64,000 nt of DNA from an uncultured Verrucomicrobiae bacterium (GCA_963834385.1 CAWIBO010000002.1:800001-864000); one strand, 5' to 3'; numbered from the stretch's first letter, positions 40,136-50,655 are shown. The notes: generated from the letters alone by a model not told the origin. Program-made: numbers and translations.

Positions 40136-41902
40136 TCACCCGGCGGTGACGCCTTCACCCGGGATTGCCGCCGGAGTCGCGGATCCCATCATTTTCCGGC
40201 TTCGCCGATAGCGCCAGACGGCCACGCCGACGAAAGCCAGGTCGGCCAGGACAAAGGCGCCGACGTAATTTTCGCCGCCAATGCCGAACCCGTAACTGTG
40301 CAACCCTTTGCCCAGGACAAAATTCACTCCATACCAGGCCATGAGCACGGTCAGGAAACAAACCACGCTCGCCACCACCAGCCCGAACTGGGTCCACCAG
40401 CCGGCCAGGCGGCCGTGCAGCGTGACGATATAGGAGAGCAGCGCGATCAGCGCCCATGTTTCCTTCGGGTCCCAGCCCCAGAATCTTCCCCAGGAATAGT
40501 TTGCCCAGACGCCACCGAGAATTGTCCCGGCGGCGAGCAGCAAAACGCCCAGCTGCAGAACGCGGTAAAGCCAGAAGTGCATCGGCTGGTCCGCCCGGGC
40601 GGCGACCGGATCGCGCGCGTAACGCCAAAGCAGGATGTGCCCAAAACCCATGGCCAGGGCAAAGGCGCCATAGCTGAGCGTGATTGTGAGCACATGGACC
40701 GTGAGCCAGAAATTGTCGCGCAGGACCGGCACCAGGGGATCGATGCTGGAGGGCATGGCAATCGGCATCTGGTGCACCAGGAGGAGCGAAAGGAGGGAAA
40801 CCGGCAACGCCGCCAGAAGATAGATCGTGGTGCGATAACGCAGGAAAAAGAGCAGCCCGAGGATCGAGACCGTGATCGAAACCCAGATGACGGACTCATA
40901 CATGTTTGTCACCGGAGGACGCCCGGCGATAAGGCAGCGCAGGACAATGGCGGTGGCATGGAAACCAACGGCGAGCACCGCGGTGATGATTCCGGCCATC
41001 CGAAGCCAGCCGGTCCGCCCGCGAAACGAAGCGATGCCCAGGAAGACCAGCGCCAGGCCGTAGCCAAGGGCCGCGCGGTAAAACCCGTCAAAATGATTGT
41101 AGAAATATTCCCGCTGCAATTCGCCTTCGCCCGGATAGATCGTCGGGCTTAGAGCCCGCAAAGTTTCGCGCAGACGGGTCGAGGCGAGCGAAAAATTGAA
41201 CTTGTCGCCCCGGGTATAGGCCTGGGCCATGGCCTGGAGGTGCGGTTGCACGGGCGCAAACTGCGCCTCGGTGTAATAGGTGGAGAAGGCCGGTGGGACC
41301 ACCCAGGGTTGGACCGCCGACTCCTTCCCGGGGACCAGCAGAAAAGCGCTCCCTTCCTGCATCCGGGCAAACCGGATCAGGCGATCGCTCACGTTCATGA
41401 CCTCGTTTTGCAGCCGCGAAAGCGGCTTGTCCGCCTGGCGCAGCGCGTGCGCCTCGTTCGCCAGTCGGTTTAACTCCGGCAACGGGCTGAGCTGCGCGAA
41501 GGAGAACCGGCGTTGCTGCGCCGGCAGGCCGAGCGCCTCCTTTAATTCGCCGAGCGAGACCAGGATCATCGGTTCCTCCTGCCACTTGTGCGTGTCGAGC
41601 AGCATGGAGAGCGCCCAGTCGCTCGCCGACCAGCGCCGGCCGGCGGCTTTTACGCTCGATTTGCCGGTGATCCGGACCAGCGTCTCCCGCGCAAAAGTGT
41701 CCACCGGTTTGCGCCGGCCCCCTTCCTGGATCGCGAGCAGCCCGAACTGACGGAAGTTCAGGCCCGCTGAATCAACCCGTTCCGGTTCCTGCGCCGGGAG
41801 GGAAAGCAGGGGCCAGAGGAGGAGAATGGCGAGGGGGAACCAGCGATTTTTCAAAGCCGCCCAATCTACGGGCAGACGGCTCCCGCGCCAGCCCGGTTTC
41901 AT
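40136..41902 (-). CDS. ccsA: System II cytochrome c synthase CcsA/ResC with extended N-terminal periplasmic domain (start uncertain, possibly TTG 41854)
   Basis: WWD motif WGRFWGWDPKETW, LVPVLRDNFWLTVH, GLHSYG. Confidence 0.9.
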   Translation of the reverse strand: MKPGWRGSRLPVDWAALKNRWFPLAILLLWPLLSLPAQEPERVDSAGLNFRQFGLLAIQEGGRRKPVDTFARETLVRITGKSSVKAAGRRWSASDWALSMLLDTHKWQEEPMILVSLGELKEALGLPAQQRRFSFAQLSPLPELNRLANEAHALRQADKPLSRLQNEVMNVSDRLIRFARMQEGSAFLLVPGKESAVQPWVVPPAFSTYYTEAQFAPVQPHLQAMAQAYTRGDKFNFSLASTRLRETLRALSPTIYPGEGELQREYFYNHFDGFYRAALGYGLALVFLGIASFRGRTGWLRMAGIITAVLAVGFHATAIVLRCLIAGRPPVTNMYESVIWVSITVSILGLLFFLRYRTTIYLLAALPVSLLSLLLVHQMPIAMPSSIDPLVPVLRDNFWLTVHVLTITLSYGAFALAMGFGHILLWRYARDPVAARADQPMHFWLYRVLQLGVLLLAAGTILGGVWANYSWGRFWGWDPKETWALIALLSYIVTLHGRLAGWWTQFGLVVASVVCFLTVLMAWYGVNFVLGKGLHSYGFGIGGENYVGAFVLADLAFVGVAVWRYRRSRKMMGSATPAAIPGEGVTAG

Positions 41903-41943
41903 CCCTGGCTTGCGGCAAACCTTTTCCTCCGCGAGAGACGCCG

Positions 41944-42582
41944 ATGCCGAAGCGGCCTCTTTCACCCTCACGCATCGCGCCCGGTTTTACCCCGGCCGAA
42001 CTGCGTTCGCTGCGCGCCTTGAAAACACCGCGCGGGGTGCAGCAGTTTCTCGATCGCATGCCGTATCATCTCGCCGGCACCGCCTGGTCGCCCCGGCGGG
42101 TGCTCCGCGAGCGAACCGCCCATTGCCTCGAGGGGGCCCTCTTCGCCGCCGCCGCCCTGCGCGTCCTCGGTTATCCGCCCCTCATCCTCGATCTCGAGGC
42201 GGACCAGGACACCGACCATGTCCTTGCGGTCTACCGCGTCGGCGGGCACTGGGGTTCGGTGGCCAAGTCGAATTTCACCGGCTGCCGGGATCGGCTCCCG
42301 GTCTATCGCACCCTGCGGGAACTCGCCCTCAGTTATTTCCACACCTATTTCAACCTGCGCGGCCAGCGCACCCTCCGGCGTTTTTCCCGCCCGGTGAACC
42401 TGGCCCGCTTTGATCGGCGGCAATGGATGACCACGGACGAAGACCTCTGGTTCATCGCCGAGCATCTGGTCGATCTGCCGCATCGCGCACTTTTCTCTCC
42501 CTCCGTGGCCCGCCGGCTCACTGTGGTCGATCCGCGCACTTTCGAGGGGGAAATGGTGGGCCATCGCCGGAAATCGGAATGA
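41944..42582 (+). CDS. Hypothetical protein, transglutaminase-like Cys/His pattern
   Basis: SPRRVLRERTAHCLEGA, DTDHVLAVY. Confidence 0.75.
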   Translation: MPKRPLSPSRIAPGFTPAELRSLRALKTPRGVQQFLDRMPYHLAGTAWSPRRVLRERTAHCLEGALFAAAALRVLGYPPLILDLEADQDTDHVLAVYRVGGHWGSVAKSNFTGCRDRLPVYRTLRELALSYFHTYFNLRGQRTLRRFSRPVNLARFDRRQWMTTDEDLWFIAEHLVDLPHRALFSPSVARRLTVVDPRTFEGEMVGHRRKSE

Positions 42583-43250
42583 AGCTCGATTTTTCCCGCT
42601 GGCGCGGGCCGCTCCTTTTTGCCCTCCTGCTCCTCGGGCTCTTCCTGGCCGCGCGCCAGTTCCCCCTCCTCGGGTGGATTGAATCGTTTCGGGTCTGGGC
42701 GGCCGGCTTCGGTTTCCTCGGCGTCCTCATCTACGGCCTGGTTTATGGCCTGGCCGCCCTGCTCCTCATGCCCTGCCTGCCGTTCTCGGTCTTTGCCGGC
42801 TTCACCTTCGGCTGGCTCGGCGGCCTTCTTGCCGTCAACCTCGGCATCGCCCTCGGCGCCGCCGGCGGTTTCCTGATCATCCGCGCCACCGCCCGCGGAA
42901 AACTGGCCCGGCGGATCGAGAAGAATCCCCGTTTCCGCGCCATCGACGACGCCATCGCGCGGGAAGGCTGGAAAATCGTGGGGCTTCTTCGCATGTGCCC
43001 GGTGCCGTTTGGCCTGACCAACTATCTTTATGGGCTGACCGCGATCGAGTTCTGGCGCTATCTCGCCGCGACCATGGTCGGGATGCTGCCCGGAAACGCC
43101 CTCTTCGTTTACCTTGGGGTCATTGGAAAAAAGACGCTCGACGGCCCCCGGCATCCGCTTGAATACGGCGCCGCCCTGCTCGCCCTCGCCGCCATGATTG
43201 CCGTGGTGATCATCCTCCGGCGGATTGCCCGCCGGACGGCCCGGCTCTGA
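42579..43250 (+). CDS. TVP38/TMEM64 (DedA/VTT) membrane protein
   Basis: AGFTFG, LLRMCPVPFGLTNYLYG, GMLPG. Confidence 0.88.
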   Translation: MKLDFSRWRGPLLFALLLLGLFLAARQFPLLGWIESFRVWAAGFGFLGVLIYGLVYGLAALLLMPCLPFSVFAGFTFGWLGGLLAVNLGIALGAAGGFLIIRATARGKLARRIEKNPRFRAIDDAIAREGWKIVGLLRMCPVPFGLTNYLYGLTAIEFWRYLAATMVGMLPGNALFVYLGVIGKKTLDGPRHPLEYGAALLALAAMIAVVIILRRIARRTARL

Positions 43251-43318
43251 ACGAACGGAATACGCGCGAGGGCGTCGTCCTCCCCGCGCTTTCGTGCGAA
43301 GGTTCGCTCGTCGCCCCC

Positions 43319-44371
43319 ATGCCGGTCCCGCCTCGCGCCATCATTCACCTCGACATGGATTGCTTCTACGCGGCCATCGAGGTGCGTGATCAACCCCGGC
43401 TCAAGGGCAAACCGGTCGGCGTCGGCGGCGCGCGTGACCGGCGGGGCGTCCTGACCACCTGCAATTATGAGGCCCGCGCTTTTGGGGTCCGCTCGGCCAT
43501 GCCGACCTTCATGGCCCTGCAGCGTTGTCCCCAGCTGATCATCGTGCCTACCCGCTTCGATGTTTATCGCCGGGAATCGGCCGTGATTCGCGCCGTTCTC
43601 CACCGTTTCACTCCCCTGGTGGAGCCGCTCTCCCTCGATGAAGCCTACCTCGATGTCACCGCTCATCCGGGCGCGCCCGGCCCGCTCGCCGAGGTCATTC
43701 GCCGCCTCATCTTCCAGAAAACGCGCCTGACCGCCTCCGCCGGGATCGGGCCCAACAAACTCGTGGCCAAGATCGCGAGCGATCTCAACAAGCCGAACGG
43801 CCAGTGCGAGGTCGCCCCGGAAGCTGTGCCGGAATTCATGGCGCCTCTCCCGATCCGGAAACTGCCGGGCATCGGCGAAGTGACCGGGCGAAAACTCGAG
43901 CGCCTGAAAATTGTCACCTGCGCCGACCTGCAGCGGCTCGGGCGCCCGGAACTGATCGAGCGCTTTGGCCGGTTCGGTTACGAACTGTTCGATCTCAGCC
44001 GCGGTCTGGACGACCGGCCGGTCGAGCCCGACCGCGAGCGCAAATCGCTCAGCAACGAGGAAACCTTTTCGCGCGATCTCGCCACGCTGCGTGAGGCGGA
44101 GGAAAAGCTGCCTGAACTTTTCGAGGAACTGATGGCGGAACTGGCCGTGAAAGAACCGGGCCGTGTCATCGCCGGGATCGTCCTCAAACTCAAGTTCAAC
44201 GATTTCACCCGGACCACGGTCGATCGCGCCGGCCTGGAACCGACCCTGGAGAATTATCGGCTCCTGCTGGGGGAAGGCTTCGCGCGCACCGGCAAACCCG
44301 TCCGGCTCATCGGCGTGGGAGTCCGCTTCGCCCCCGCCGCCCTCGCCCAGGAACAACTGCCGCTCCTCTAA
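43319..44371 (+). CDS. dinB: DNA polymerase IV
   Basis: HLDMDCFYA, CNYEAR, SLDEAYLD, AKIASDLNKPNG. Confidence 0.96.
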   Translation: MPVPPRAIIHLDMDCFYAAIEVRDQPRLKGKPVGVGGARDRRGVLTTCNYEARAFGVRSAMPTFMALQRCPQLIIVPTRFDVYRRESAVIRAVLHRFTPLVEPLSLDEAYLDVTAHPGAPGPLAEVIRRLIFQKTRLTASAGIGPNKLVAKIASDLNKPNGQCEVAPEAVPEFMAPLPIRKLPGIGEVTGRKLERLKIVTCADLQRLGRPELIERFGRFGYELFDLSRGLDDRPVEPDRERKSLSNEETFSRDLATLREAEEKLPELFEELMAELAVKEPGRVIAGIVLKLKFNDFTRTTVDRAGLEPTLENYRLLLGEGFARTGKPVRLIGVGVRFAPAALAQEQLPLL

Positions 44372-44377
44372 CACTCA

Positions 44378-44430
<53 letters not shown>

Positions 44431-44631
44431 TTCCAATCTCATCGTCGCTGCTGCTCACACGCGCTTCGCCCTATCGAATGCTTTAAGCATTCGATCCTCA
44501 ACCGGGCCATCTCGAATTTCCTGCTCCACCCAGAGTCTGATTAGCACATTCCCGTGGCAACAATCCCCTTGCCCCGGCTCCACTCCTCGAGGTCGCATGA
44601 CGGGGGGGCTCCACAGGCGCCGCCCGCAATC

Positions 44632-45225
44632 TCACCGCACCTGCCAGTACTTGTGGTCCTGCCGCGAAAGGGCCCAGTCAGGATGGGTCTTCATGAACTC
44701 GAGGCATTGCGCAAGGGAATCGGGGTCCTCGTTCCCGTCGCGCCAAAGCGGCTGCACGTAGCGATACATGAAGGAGGTGGTCCGGAGCGGCTCCTCCCAG
44801 TCCTGCAGACTCAGCCCGTTCAGGCCGGGCACGAGCTTGATCTCGTTCCCGTAGCGCTGCAGGAAATCGGTCCGGTGAGGCGAGACCGAAATCCAGTCCA
44901 CCGGCGGAATCACTCTCTTTTGTCCGCTCGTCGCGATCGCAAGGGAGAAACGTTTGGCCCGGAGCGCCCGCAGCAGCGGCAGCAGGTCGTGATCGGTCGG
45001 TTCGCCTCCCGTGATCCAGGCCCACGGATCGATCATGGCCGGGGTCAGGGCCGCGGCGCGCTCGGCGATCTCTTCCGCGGTCAGCGTTTCCTTGCGCGAA
45101 TAATCGGTATCGCACTCGGGGCACCCGACCGAGCAGCCCGCCAGCCGAATAAAAGTCTGCTGGAACCCGCGCAGGTGGCCCTCGCCCTGGATGGTGAAAA
45201 ACAGTTCGGCCACGGGATACTTCAC
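44632..45225 (-). CDS. queE: QueE-like radical SAM protein (7-carboxy-7-deazaguanine synthase family)
   Basis: FFTIQGEG, FIRLAGCSVGCPECDT, ITGGEP, QDHKY. Confidence 0.8.
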   Translation of the reverse strand: MKYPVAELFFTIQGEGHLRGFQQTFIRLAGCSVGCPECDTDYSRKETLTAEEIAERAAALTPAMIDPWAWITGGEPTDHDLLPLLRALRAKRFSLAIATSGQKRVIPPVDWISVSPHRTDFLQRYGNEIKLVPGLNGLSLQDWEEPLRTTSFMYRYVQPLWRDGNEDPDSLAQCLEFMKTHPDWALSRQDHKYWQVR

Positions 45226-45390
45226 GCCGTTCCCTAACGCAGGAGAGGCGGCGCGTCGAAGAGTTTGCGCGCCCCCTTCCCGGGCGCTTCTCCCCGGCCA
45301 GCCGCCCATGGCTAAGTGTTCCCCCGGATGAGCAGTTGCAGAGGACCCCGGGTTGAGGCTACCATGTCCTGCCTCGAAGGCCTCGATCCT

Positions 45391-45855
45391 ATGCAAATGT
45401 TCAATCCCAATCGCCGTAACGAACCTGCCACTCCGCCGCCCGCACCTCGTCCGGCCGGGACTCCCGCTGCCGCTGCCGGGGCGGGACCAGCCGCCCAGCC
45501 AACCGCCGGGCGCGCCTCTCTCTCGCGCGGGGTTTCCATCAATGGCTCGCTCAAGTTTCGCGATGAACTGGAGATCGATTGCGAGGTGGAAGGCACGATC
45601 GATTCCGCCGGCCGCCTGACCGTGGGCAAAAACGCGCACGTTAAAGGTGATATCAAGACCAAGTCTGTCGTGGTTCAGGGCATGGTCGAGGGCAATATTA
45701 CCGTGACGGAACGCTGCGAGCTTCGTGCCGGGTGCACCCTGCACGGCGATATCGAGGCGCCCCGCCTGGTGGTGGACGATGACGCCACCTTTATGGGGAG
45801 CGCCAAGATCACCAGCAAAGGGCGCCCCTCAACGGCTCCTTCGCAAGGCTCGTAA
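45391..45855 (+). CDS. Bactofilin (polymer-forming cytoskeletal protein)
   Basis: Pro/Ala N-terminus, then beta-helix repeats INGSLKF..VEGTI..VKGDI..VEGNI..LHGDI. Confidence 0.9.
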   Translation: MQMFNPNRRNEPATPPPAPRPAGTPAAAAGAGPAAQPTAGRASLSRGVSINGSLKFRDELEIDCEVEGTIDSAGRLTVGKNAHVKGDIKTKSVVVQGMVEGNITVTERCELRAGCTLHGDIEAPRLVVDDDATFMGSAKITSKGRPSTAPSQGS

Positions 45856-46011
45856 CAGCGCGGCTGTTTCAGAAGCGCAGACCGGTCGCCGGCCCGCACA
45901 GACGTGGCGGGGCTCCGCGTGCCTTTCGCTTCTCGCCCTCCTCCTTGGAGGCGGGAGAGTGACGGCCATCTCCCTCGGCCGGAACGGATTTCAACCCTGG
46001 CAGCGGGGATC

Positions 46012-46027
46012 AGGCACGCCCCTTGCT
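46012..46027 (+). promoter_or_regulatory. Near-consensus sigma54 promoter
   Basis: AGGCACGCCCCTTGCT vs consensus TGGCACGNNNNTTGCW. Confidence 0.7.
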
Positions 46028-46038
46028 CTATGATATTT

Positions 46039-46263
46039 ATGGCATTTGTAATCGGATTCCTGCTGGCCACCGTGGTCAGTGGCATTCTTATGATCGCTGC
46101 CGCCTGGCGTTTCGGTGAATACCGTGCCGCCTCCGGCCCGAGCCTCCAGGGACGCGACACCAGTTATCGCGCCCTCGGCACTTCCGCCGCCTTCTCCCCG
46201 GAGAACGTCGTTTGTGCCCGCCCGGTCCATCGGCAGTTTGGTCCCCCGCCGCTGGTCCTTTAA
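46039..46263 (+). CDS. Small single-TM hypothetical protein
   Basis: MAFVIGFLLATVVSGILMIAAAW; ATG lies at the predicted sigma54 start site. Confidence 0.55.
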   Translation: MAFVIGFLLATVVSGILMIAAAWRFGEYRAASGPSLQGRDTSYRALGTSAAFSPENVVCARPVHRQFGPPPLVL

Positions 46264-46379
46264 GGCCGCGGCGCCGCGCTTTTGCAGGGACGGTTTTCGA
46301 ACCGTCTCTGCCTTCGGCGCTTTCCGTTCGCGACCCCGTCACGAGCTTGCCGGCGGGCTTCCCTGCGCCACACTCCTGC

Positions 46380-46826
46380 ATGACCGCGGCGGACAAGCTC
46401 GAAGTTGAACGTTTCCTGCACGAGCAAATCCCGCTTACGCAAACCATGGGTCTCCGCGTGGTGGACGATCCCCGCGGGTTCGCCCTCACGGCTCCCGTCG
46501 CCCTGAATTCAAACCATCTCCGGACGGCTTTTGGCGGCAGCATCAACGCCCTGGCCCTCCTGGCCGGCTATGGGGCGCTCTGGTCGCTGCTGCGCGATCG
46601 GTCGGACGCCCATGTGGTTGTCCAAGCCAGCTCAATCAAATACCTGCGACCGGTGCGCCAAGAAATCCGCGCAGTCTGTCTCGACCTGACCTCCGCCCGA
46701 AGCGAGGAATTTGAGCGTGACCTCCGGCGCGGCCGAAAAGCCCGTCTTTCCCTCAGGGTCGTGGTGGAGGAGGAAGGCGAGACGGCGGCGGAATTCGACG
46801 GCCGTTTTGTCGCCCTGAAGGATTGA
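46380..46826 (+). CDS. YiiD C-terminal-like hotdog thioesterase
   Basis: LHEQIPL, NHLRTAFGGS, IKYLRPV. Confidence 0.85.
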   Translation: MTAADKLEVERFLHEQIPLTQTMGLRVVDDPRGFALTAPVALNSNHLRTAFGGSINALALLAGYGALWSLLRDRSDAHVVVQASSIKYLRPVRQEIRAVCLDLTSARSEEFERDLRRGRKARLSLRVVVEEEGETAAEFDGRFVALKD

Positions 46827-46876
46827 AACAAGTCCGCCCGGGGGCCCGGCGCCGAATAGGGGTCGGAGGCACTGCC

Positions 46877-47077
46877 ATGAGATTCATGATTTATATGCTC
46901 GGTTACCTGATCCTGATTGCGGGGCTTGCCTGGGCGGCCATGACCGCCGGGGTTCCGCCGATCTGGGTCCTGATTGGCGCGGTCATCCTGCTTGGCCTTG
47001 GCATCGTGACGGGCGTGACCCGAACAAGCCGGGGTGGCGGGGACGGCGGCCAAAACGTGACCGTGGTCAAAGACTAG
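46877..47077 (+). CDS. Small two-TM membrane protein
   Basis: GGAGG RBS; two hydrophobic helices. Confidence 0.7.
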   Translation: MRFMIYMLGYLILIAGLAWAAMTAGVPPIWVLIGAVILLGLGIVTGVTRTSRGGGDGGQNVTVVKD

Positions 47078-47086
47078 TCGCGCCGA

Positions 47087-47707
47087 TCACGGCGGGCCGC
47101 TGGCGGCGCGGGCTTCAATTTCACGGAGGTCGGGCTGGGTCCGCGTGATCCATTGCTGGACCTCATCCACGTCTTCCGTCGTCACCGTGGTGGGACGCTG
47201 CGCCGGCAGCACGGCGGGCGGCCGTTCCCCGGCCGGCACCGGCGCCGCCCGCGGATGATCCCAATGGCGACCGTAACGGACGAGCGCGTAATACATGGTC
47301 TTGGCCGTGATGGCGTTCACCCCGCTGCAGCGCATCGCGTTGTAAAACATGCGGTCCACTTTCCGCCACGGCTTGGTCTGCTCGGTGTAAGCCACATCGT
47401 GCAGGACGGAGGCGTTCCGGTATTTCCCTTCAAACGGTCCCCCGATGAACGACCAGAGCGCACGGGGGATGGAAGCGCCATTGACGCGCGAACCGGCCGG
47501 CGCCACCCAGACTTCGCCATCAGGATCGGTGTAGCGCAGTTCGTTCAACAGGACCATGTGCACGCCATCCTCTTCCCACTGTGTCCGGATCGGGCCGCTG
47601 AAATGACCCCAGCTGTTGCCGCGCGCGGCCGGCGCCTCTGCCTTCTTCTCCTCCGCCCCGCAGGTGGCAAACGAAACGGCAACAAGACCAAGAAGAATGA
47701 TTTTCAT
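47087..47707 (-). CDS. DUF1353-family probable lipoprotein
   Basis: GASIPRALW, ASVLHDVAY; FATC lipobox-like signal. Confidence 0.8.
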   Translation of the reverse strand: MKIILLGLVAVSFATCGAEEKKAEAPAARGNSWGHFSGPIRTQWEEDGVHMVLLNELRYTDPDGEVWVAPAGSRVNGASIPRALWSFIGGPFEGKYRNASVLHDVAYTEQTKPWRKVDRMFYNAMRCSGVNAITAKTMYYALVRYGRHWDHPRAAPVPAGERPPAVLPAQRPTTVTTEDVDEVQQWITRTQPDLREIEARAASGPP

Positions 47708-48663
47708 TTCACGACGTCAGGCTTCGCCAACGGAGGAAGACCGGCTTCAATCTCCGCGCGCCTTCCTTCCAGGAACGGCGGCAGCGACAGGCGCTCTCCC
47801 AGTTTCTCCGCCGACTCGTCCACGGCAAAACCGGGACCGTCGGTGGCGATCTCGAATAAAATCCCATTGGGTTCGCGGAAGTAAAGGCTGCGAAAATAGA
47901 AGCGATCGATGGCCCCGCTGGTTCGCACCCCCTTCTCCGCGAGATGTTCCAGCCACCAGTCGTGCGCCTCTTTGTCCGGAACACGCAGGGCAACATGATG
48001 CACGCCGCCGGCGCCGGCCCGGGCGCGCCCGGCCTCCTTCTCTTCCAAAAGCTGAATTTCACCGGCGGCCCCTTCGGCTTCCATGCGCCAGACCGCGACC
48101 ACCGTGTTGTCCGGCCCGGTCTCCTCACGCGTCCGAACCATCTGCAACACTCCGCTGAGCAGGCGTTCCATTGCGGCCAGGTCAGGCACACTCAGAATGA
48201 CCGGGCCAAGGCCCCGCACCTGATGTTCCTCCGGCACCGGACTCCCCCGCCAGGGCACGGCGGTGCCCGCTTCATCGACGGTGAGCGAAAGACGCTGCCC
48301 TTCCGGATCCTCGAAATCGATGGCGGTGCGCCCCTCCCGCAGCGCCCTCTGCGAGAACGTCACCCCGTGCTCCGACAACCGCCCTTCCCACCAAACAAGA
48401 CTTTCCTTGCTCCCCACGCGAAACCCCGTCCGCACCACACTGCCGGTCCCGCGTTCCTCCCGCCGGGCGCGCCAGTGGAAAAAAGTGATGTCGGTCCCGG
48501 GCGTGCCGGCGGCGTCAGCGAAGAAAAGGTGATAGGCCGAGACGTCATCCTGGTTCACCGTTTTCTTGACCAGCCGCAGCCCCATGACCCCGGTGTAAAA
48601 GGCGATGCAGCCCGGCGCGTCGGCCGTGACCGCGGTCAGATGATGAAGCCCTTTTAACTGCAT
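47704..48663 (-). CDS. Ring-cleaving dioxygenase, VOC family (MhqO-like)
   Basis: GLHHLT, KKTVNQDD, VHHVA, DRFYFRSLYFREPNGILFEIATDGPGF. Confidence 0.92.
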   Translation of the reverse strand: MQLKGLHHLTAVTADAPGCIAFYTGVMGLRLVKKTVNQDDVSAYHLFFADAAGTPGTDITFFHWRARREERGTGSVVRTGFRVGSKESLVWWEGRLSEHGVTFSQRALREGRTAIDFEDPEGQRLSLTVDEAGTAVPWRGSPVPEEHQVRGLGPVILSVPDLAAMERLLSGVLQMVRTREETGPDNTVVAVWRMEAEGAAGEIQLLEEKEAGRARAGAGGVHHVALRVPDKEAHDWWLEHLAEKGVRTSGAIDRFYFRSLYFREPNGILFEIATDGPGFAVDESAEKLGERLSLPPFLEGRRAEIEAGLPPLAKPDVVK

Positions 48664-48678
48664 GGCCGGGGGGCGAAG

Positions 48679-50655
48679 TCAGCGGCTGCCCACGGTCGCC
48701 GGTTCCGGCGCCGGCCGGTTCTCCACTCGGGCCGGGCGCGTAACCGGACTGCCCGCGCTCTGGCGCCGGAATTTTTTTACGTAGAACAACAGGAAGACGC
48801 CGACGCAAATGAGGAGCGACCCGATCCACTTCAGCGACCAGCCCGGGTCACGCAGAATCTGCACGGTGCTCTGGCCAAGGTTATCCGGGTTCCACGACGC
48901 CTGCGACATCTTGTAAGTGTGCCCGGTGAATGGCCGCCACCAATCGTCAGGGAAACTGAAGGGATTGTTCATCCAGCATTGTCCCACCGCGGTGCGACCA
49001 TCCAGGGCCGTGACCCGGACGGTGCTCTTAAACCCGGCCGGGCTGTCGCTCCCTTCGTTCCGCGTCACCTCGAAGCCGAGCAGCTCCAGGCCGATCGGGA
49101 GCTGCAGGCTGCGCCAGCCGTAGCTCACCTGAATGGGTTGCGGTTCGGTCGCGACCATGATCTGCCAGCCTGCCGGGACCCATTGTTCCAGCGTTTTTCC
49201 TTCCTGCTCCACCCGAATCTTGACGCCATCCGGCAGCCGTTCGGCCCGGGGCGGCTGGCCGGCCGGCAAAGGCCGGAATTCCATCCAGTGTTCCGCCCGC
49301 GGCATCATCTCATCGACGGTCAGCGTCCAGTCAGCCCAGCCGGTCGCGAGCGACTGGTTGCGCTCCAGGGCGCCGGTTTTCTTTCCTCCGGCCCGCGAGC
49401 TGAGCTCGTAGCTGAGGGTGCCATCGTCCGCCACAAACAGGACCAGGCTGTTCGCCCCGGTGCTTTCGCCTGCCGCAGCCGCGTGCGGATCGTCCGCCTT
49501 TTCGGACGGCACCGGCACGCCACGCCCGCGCAGCGAGACGAGCACCGCGGGGTTGTTCGGCTGCGCCGTCGCGCTCGACGGTTTTCCTTCCACGATGCGG
49601 AAGTCGGGCCAGTAATTTTCGATCCGGAGCACAAAGGGACTGCCCTCCAGCGGAAGATCCTTCGTGTGCAGGTGATCGCCGTGGCTTTCCCCGAGGTTGG
49701 CAGCCACGTCGAACGTCCAGCTCTTCCCGCTGAGCGCCACCGTCAGGCTCCCCTTGTTTCCGCCGGTCGGTTCGGTCAGCGTGACCTTCGCGCCTGTGCT
49801 CCCGCCGCGCGCGACCCGGCCGACCTGCTGGTCCGGCGCCTTTTGGAAGGCAAAAATCGATTCCTCGATCTCGGTCTCGCCGGTGGCGGGCGGGGCGGCC
49901 TTCGCCTCCTGCGGGCCATCTTCGCCGGCGGCCCGGCCGCGTTTCAGCTCGATCCGCGCCAGCCCCATGTCAAAGCGGGCGTTCTGGCCTTCATCCGCGA
50001 GAAGCCACGATTCCAGTTTCTGCCCCATCATGGCGGTGGCGACGCGGACGTGCACGGCCGGCACCCCGGTTCCCTCCCGCGCGGGACGCGGCTGCAGGCG
50101 CCCCTCGATTTCCTCCGCGTAATCGACCAGGCTGAGCCGCGCACCGGAAGCGAGTGTCCCGAGGTCGCGCGGATCCTCCGGGGTCGGTTTCCGTTTCAAA
50201 AACTCGGCCGGATATCCCTTGGTGATGTTGTCCGTGTCACGCACGCGCAGCTGATGCTGGTCGAGCAACAGGCGGTTGCTCGGCGGATCCCCTTTAAAAA
50301 GGGTGATGGTGCCTTCAATGCCCCAGACGCGACCGATCAACGACCCTGCCAGGAGCGTGATGATCCCGAGATGCGTGATCAGAAAGGCCACGTGGTGCCG
50401 CCGCCAGGGCCAGCGCGAAAGCGCGGAGACCGTCAGGTTGGTCGCGAGCAGGATCAGCCAGATGTTGAACCAGGGCGCGCCGTAGACGTAGGCCCGCGCC
50501 ACTTTGGCATCAAAGCTCGATTCGTAGAGGGTGCCGACGATGCTGGCGATGATGAGCACCGCCAGCAGGACCACGGCCAGCTTGACCGAGGCGAAAAATT
50601 GGAAAAACGAATTGCGCTGCCAGCCCGGCCGGCCCGCGGGGGAAGTATTGCCCAT
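48679..50655 (-). CDS. ResB/CcsB-like cytochrome c biogenesis protein
   Basis: FASVKLAVVLL, ITHLGIITLLAG, MNNP, RDPG plus C-terminal TM helix. Confidence 0.82.
   Translation of the reverse strand: MGNTSPAGRPGWQRNSFFQFFASVKLAVVLLAVLIIASIVGTLYESSFDAKVARAYVYGAPWFNIWLILLATNLTVSALSRWPWRRHHVAFLITHLGIITLLAGSLIGRVWGIEGTITLFKGDPPSNRLLLDQHQLRVRDTDNITKGYPAEFLKRKPTPEDPRDLGTLASGARLSLVDYAEEIEGRLQPRPAREGTGVPAVHVRVATAMMGQKLESWLLADEGQNARFDMGLARIELKRGRAAGEDGPQEAKAAPPATGETEIEESIFAFQKAPDQQVGRVARGGSTGAKVTLTEPTGGNKGSLTVALSGKSWTFDVAANLGESHGDHLHTKDLPLEGSPFVLRIENYWPDFRIVEGKPSSATAQPNNPAVLVSLRGRGVPVPSEKADDPHAAAAGESTGANSLVLFVADDGTLSYELSSRAGGKKTGALERNQSLATGWADWTLTVDEMMPRAEHWMEFRPLPAGQPPRAERLPDGVKIRVEQEGKTLEQWVPAGWQIMVATEPQPIQVSYGWRSLQLPIGLELLGFEVTRNEGSDSPAGFKSTVRVTALDGRTAVGQCWMNNPFSFPDDWWRPFTGHTYKMSQASWNPDNLGQSTVQILRDPGWSLKWIGSLLICVGVFLLFYVKKFRRQSAGSPVTRPARVENRPAPEPATVGSR

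Noticed and set aside
43251..43318. LexA box before dinB (also checked before uvrA)
   Set aside because: No TGTTC-N4-GAACA-type or other clear palindrome seen.
45325..45340. Sigma54 promoter before bactofilin (CGGATGAGCAGTTGCA)
   Set aside because: Spacing and -12 element fit but the -24 element lacks GGCA; too weak in GC-rich DNA.
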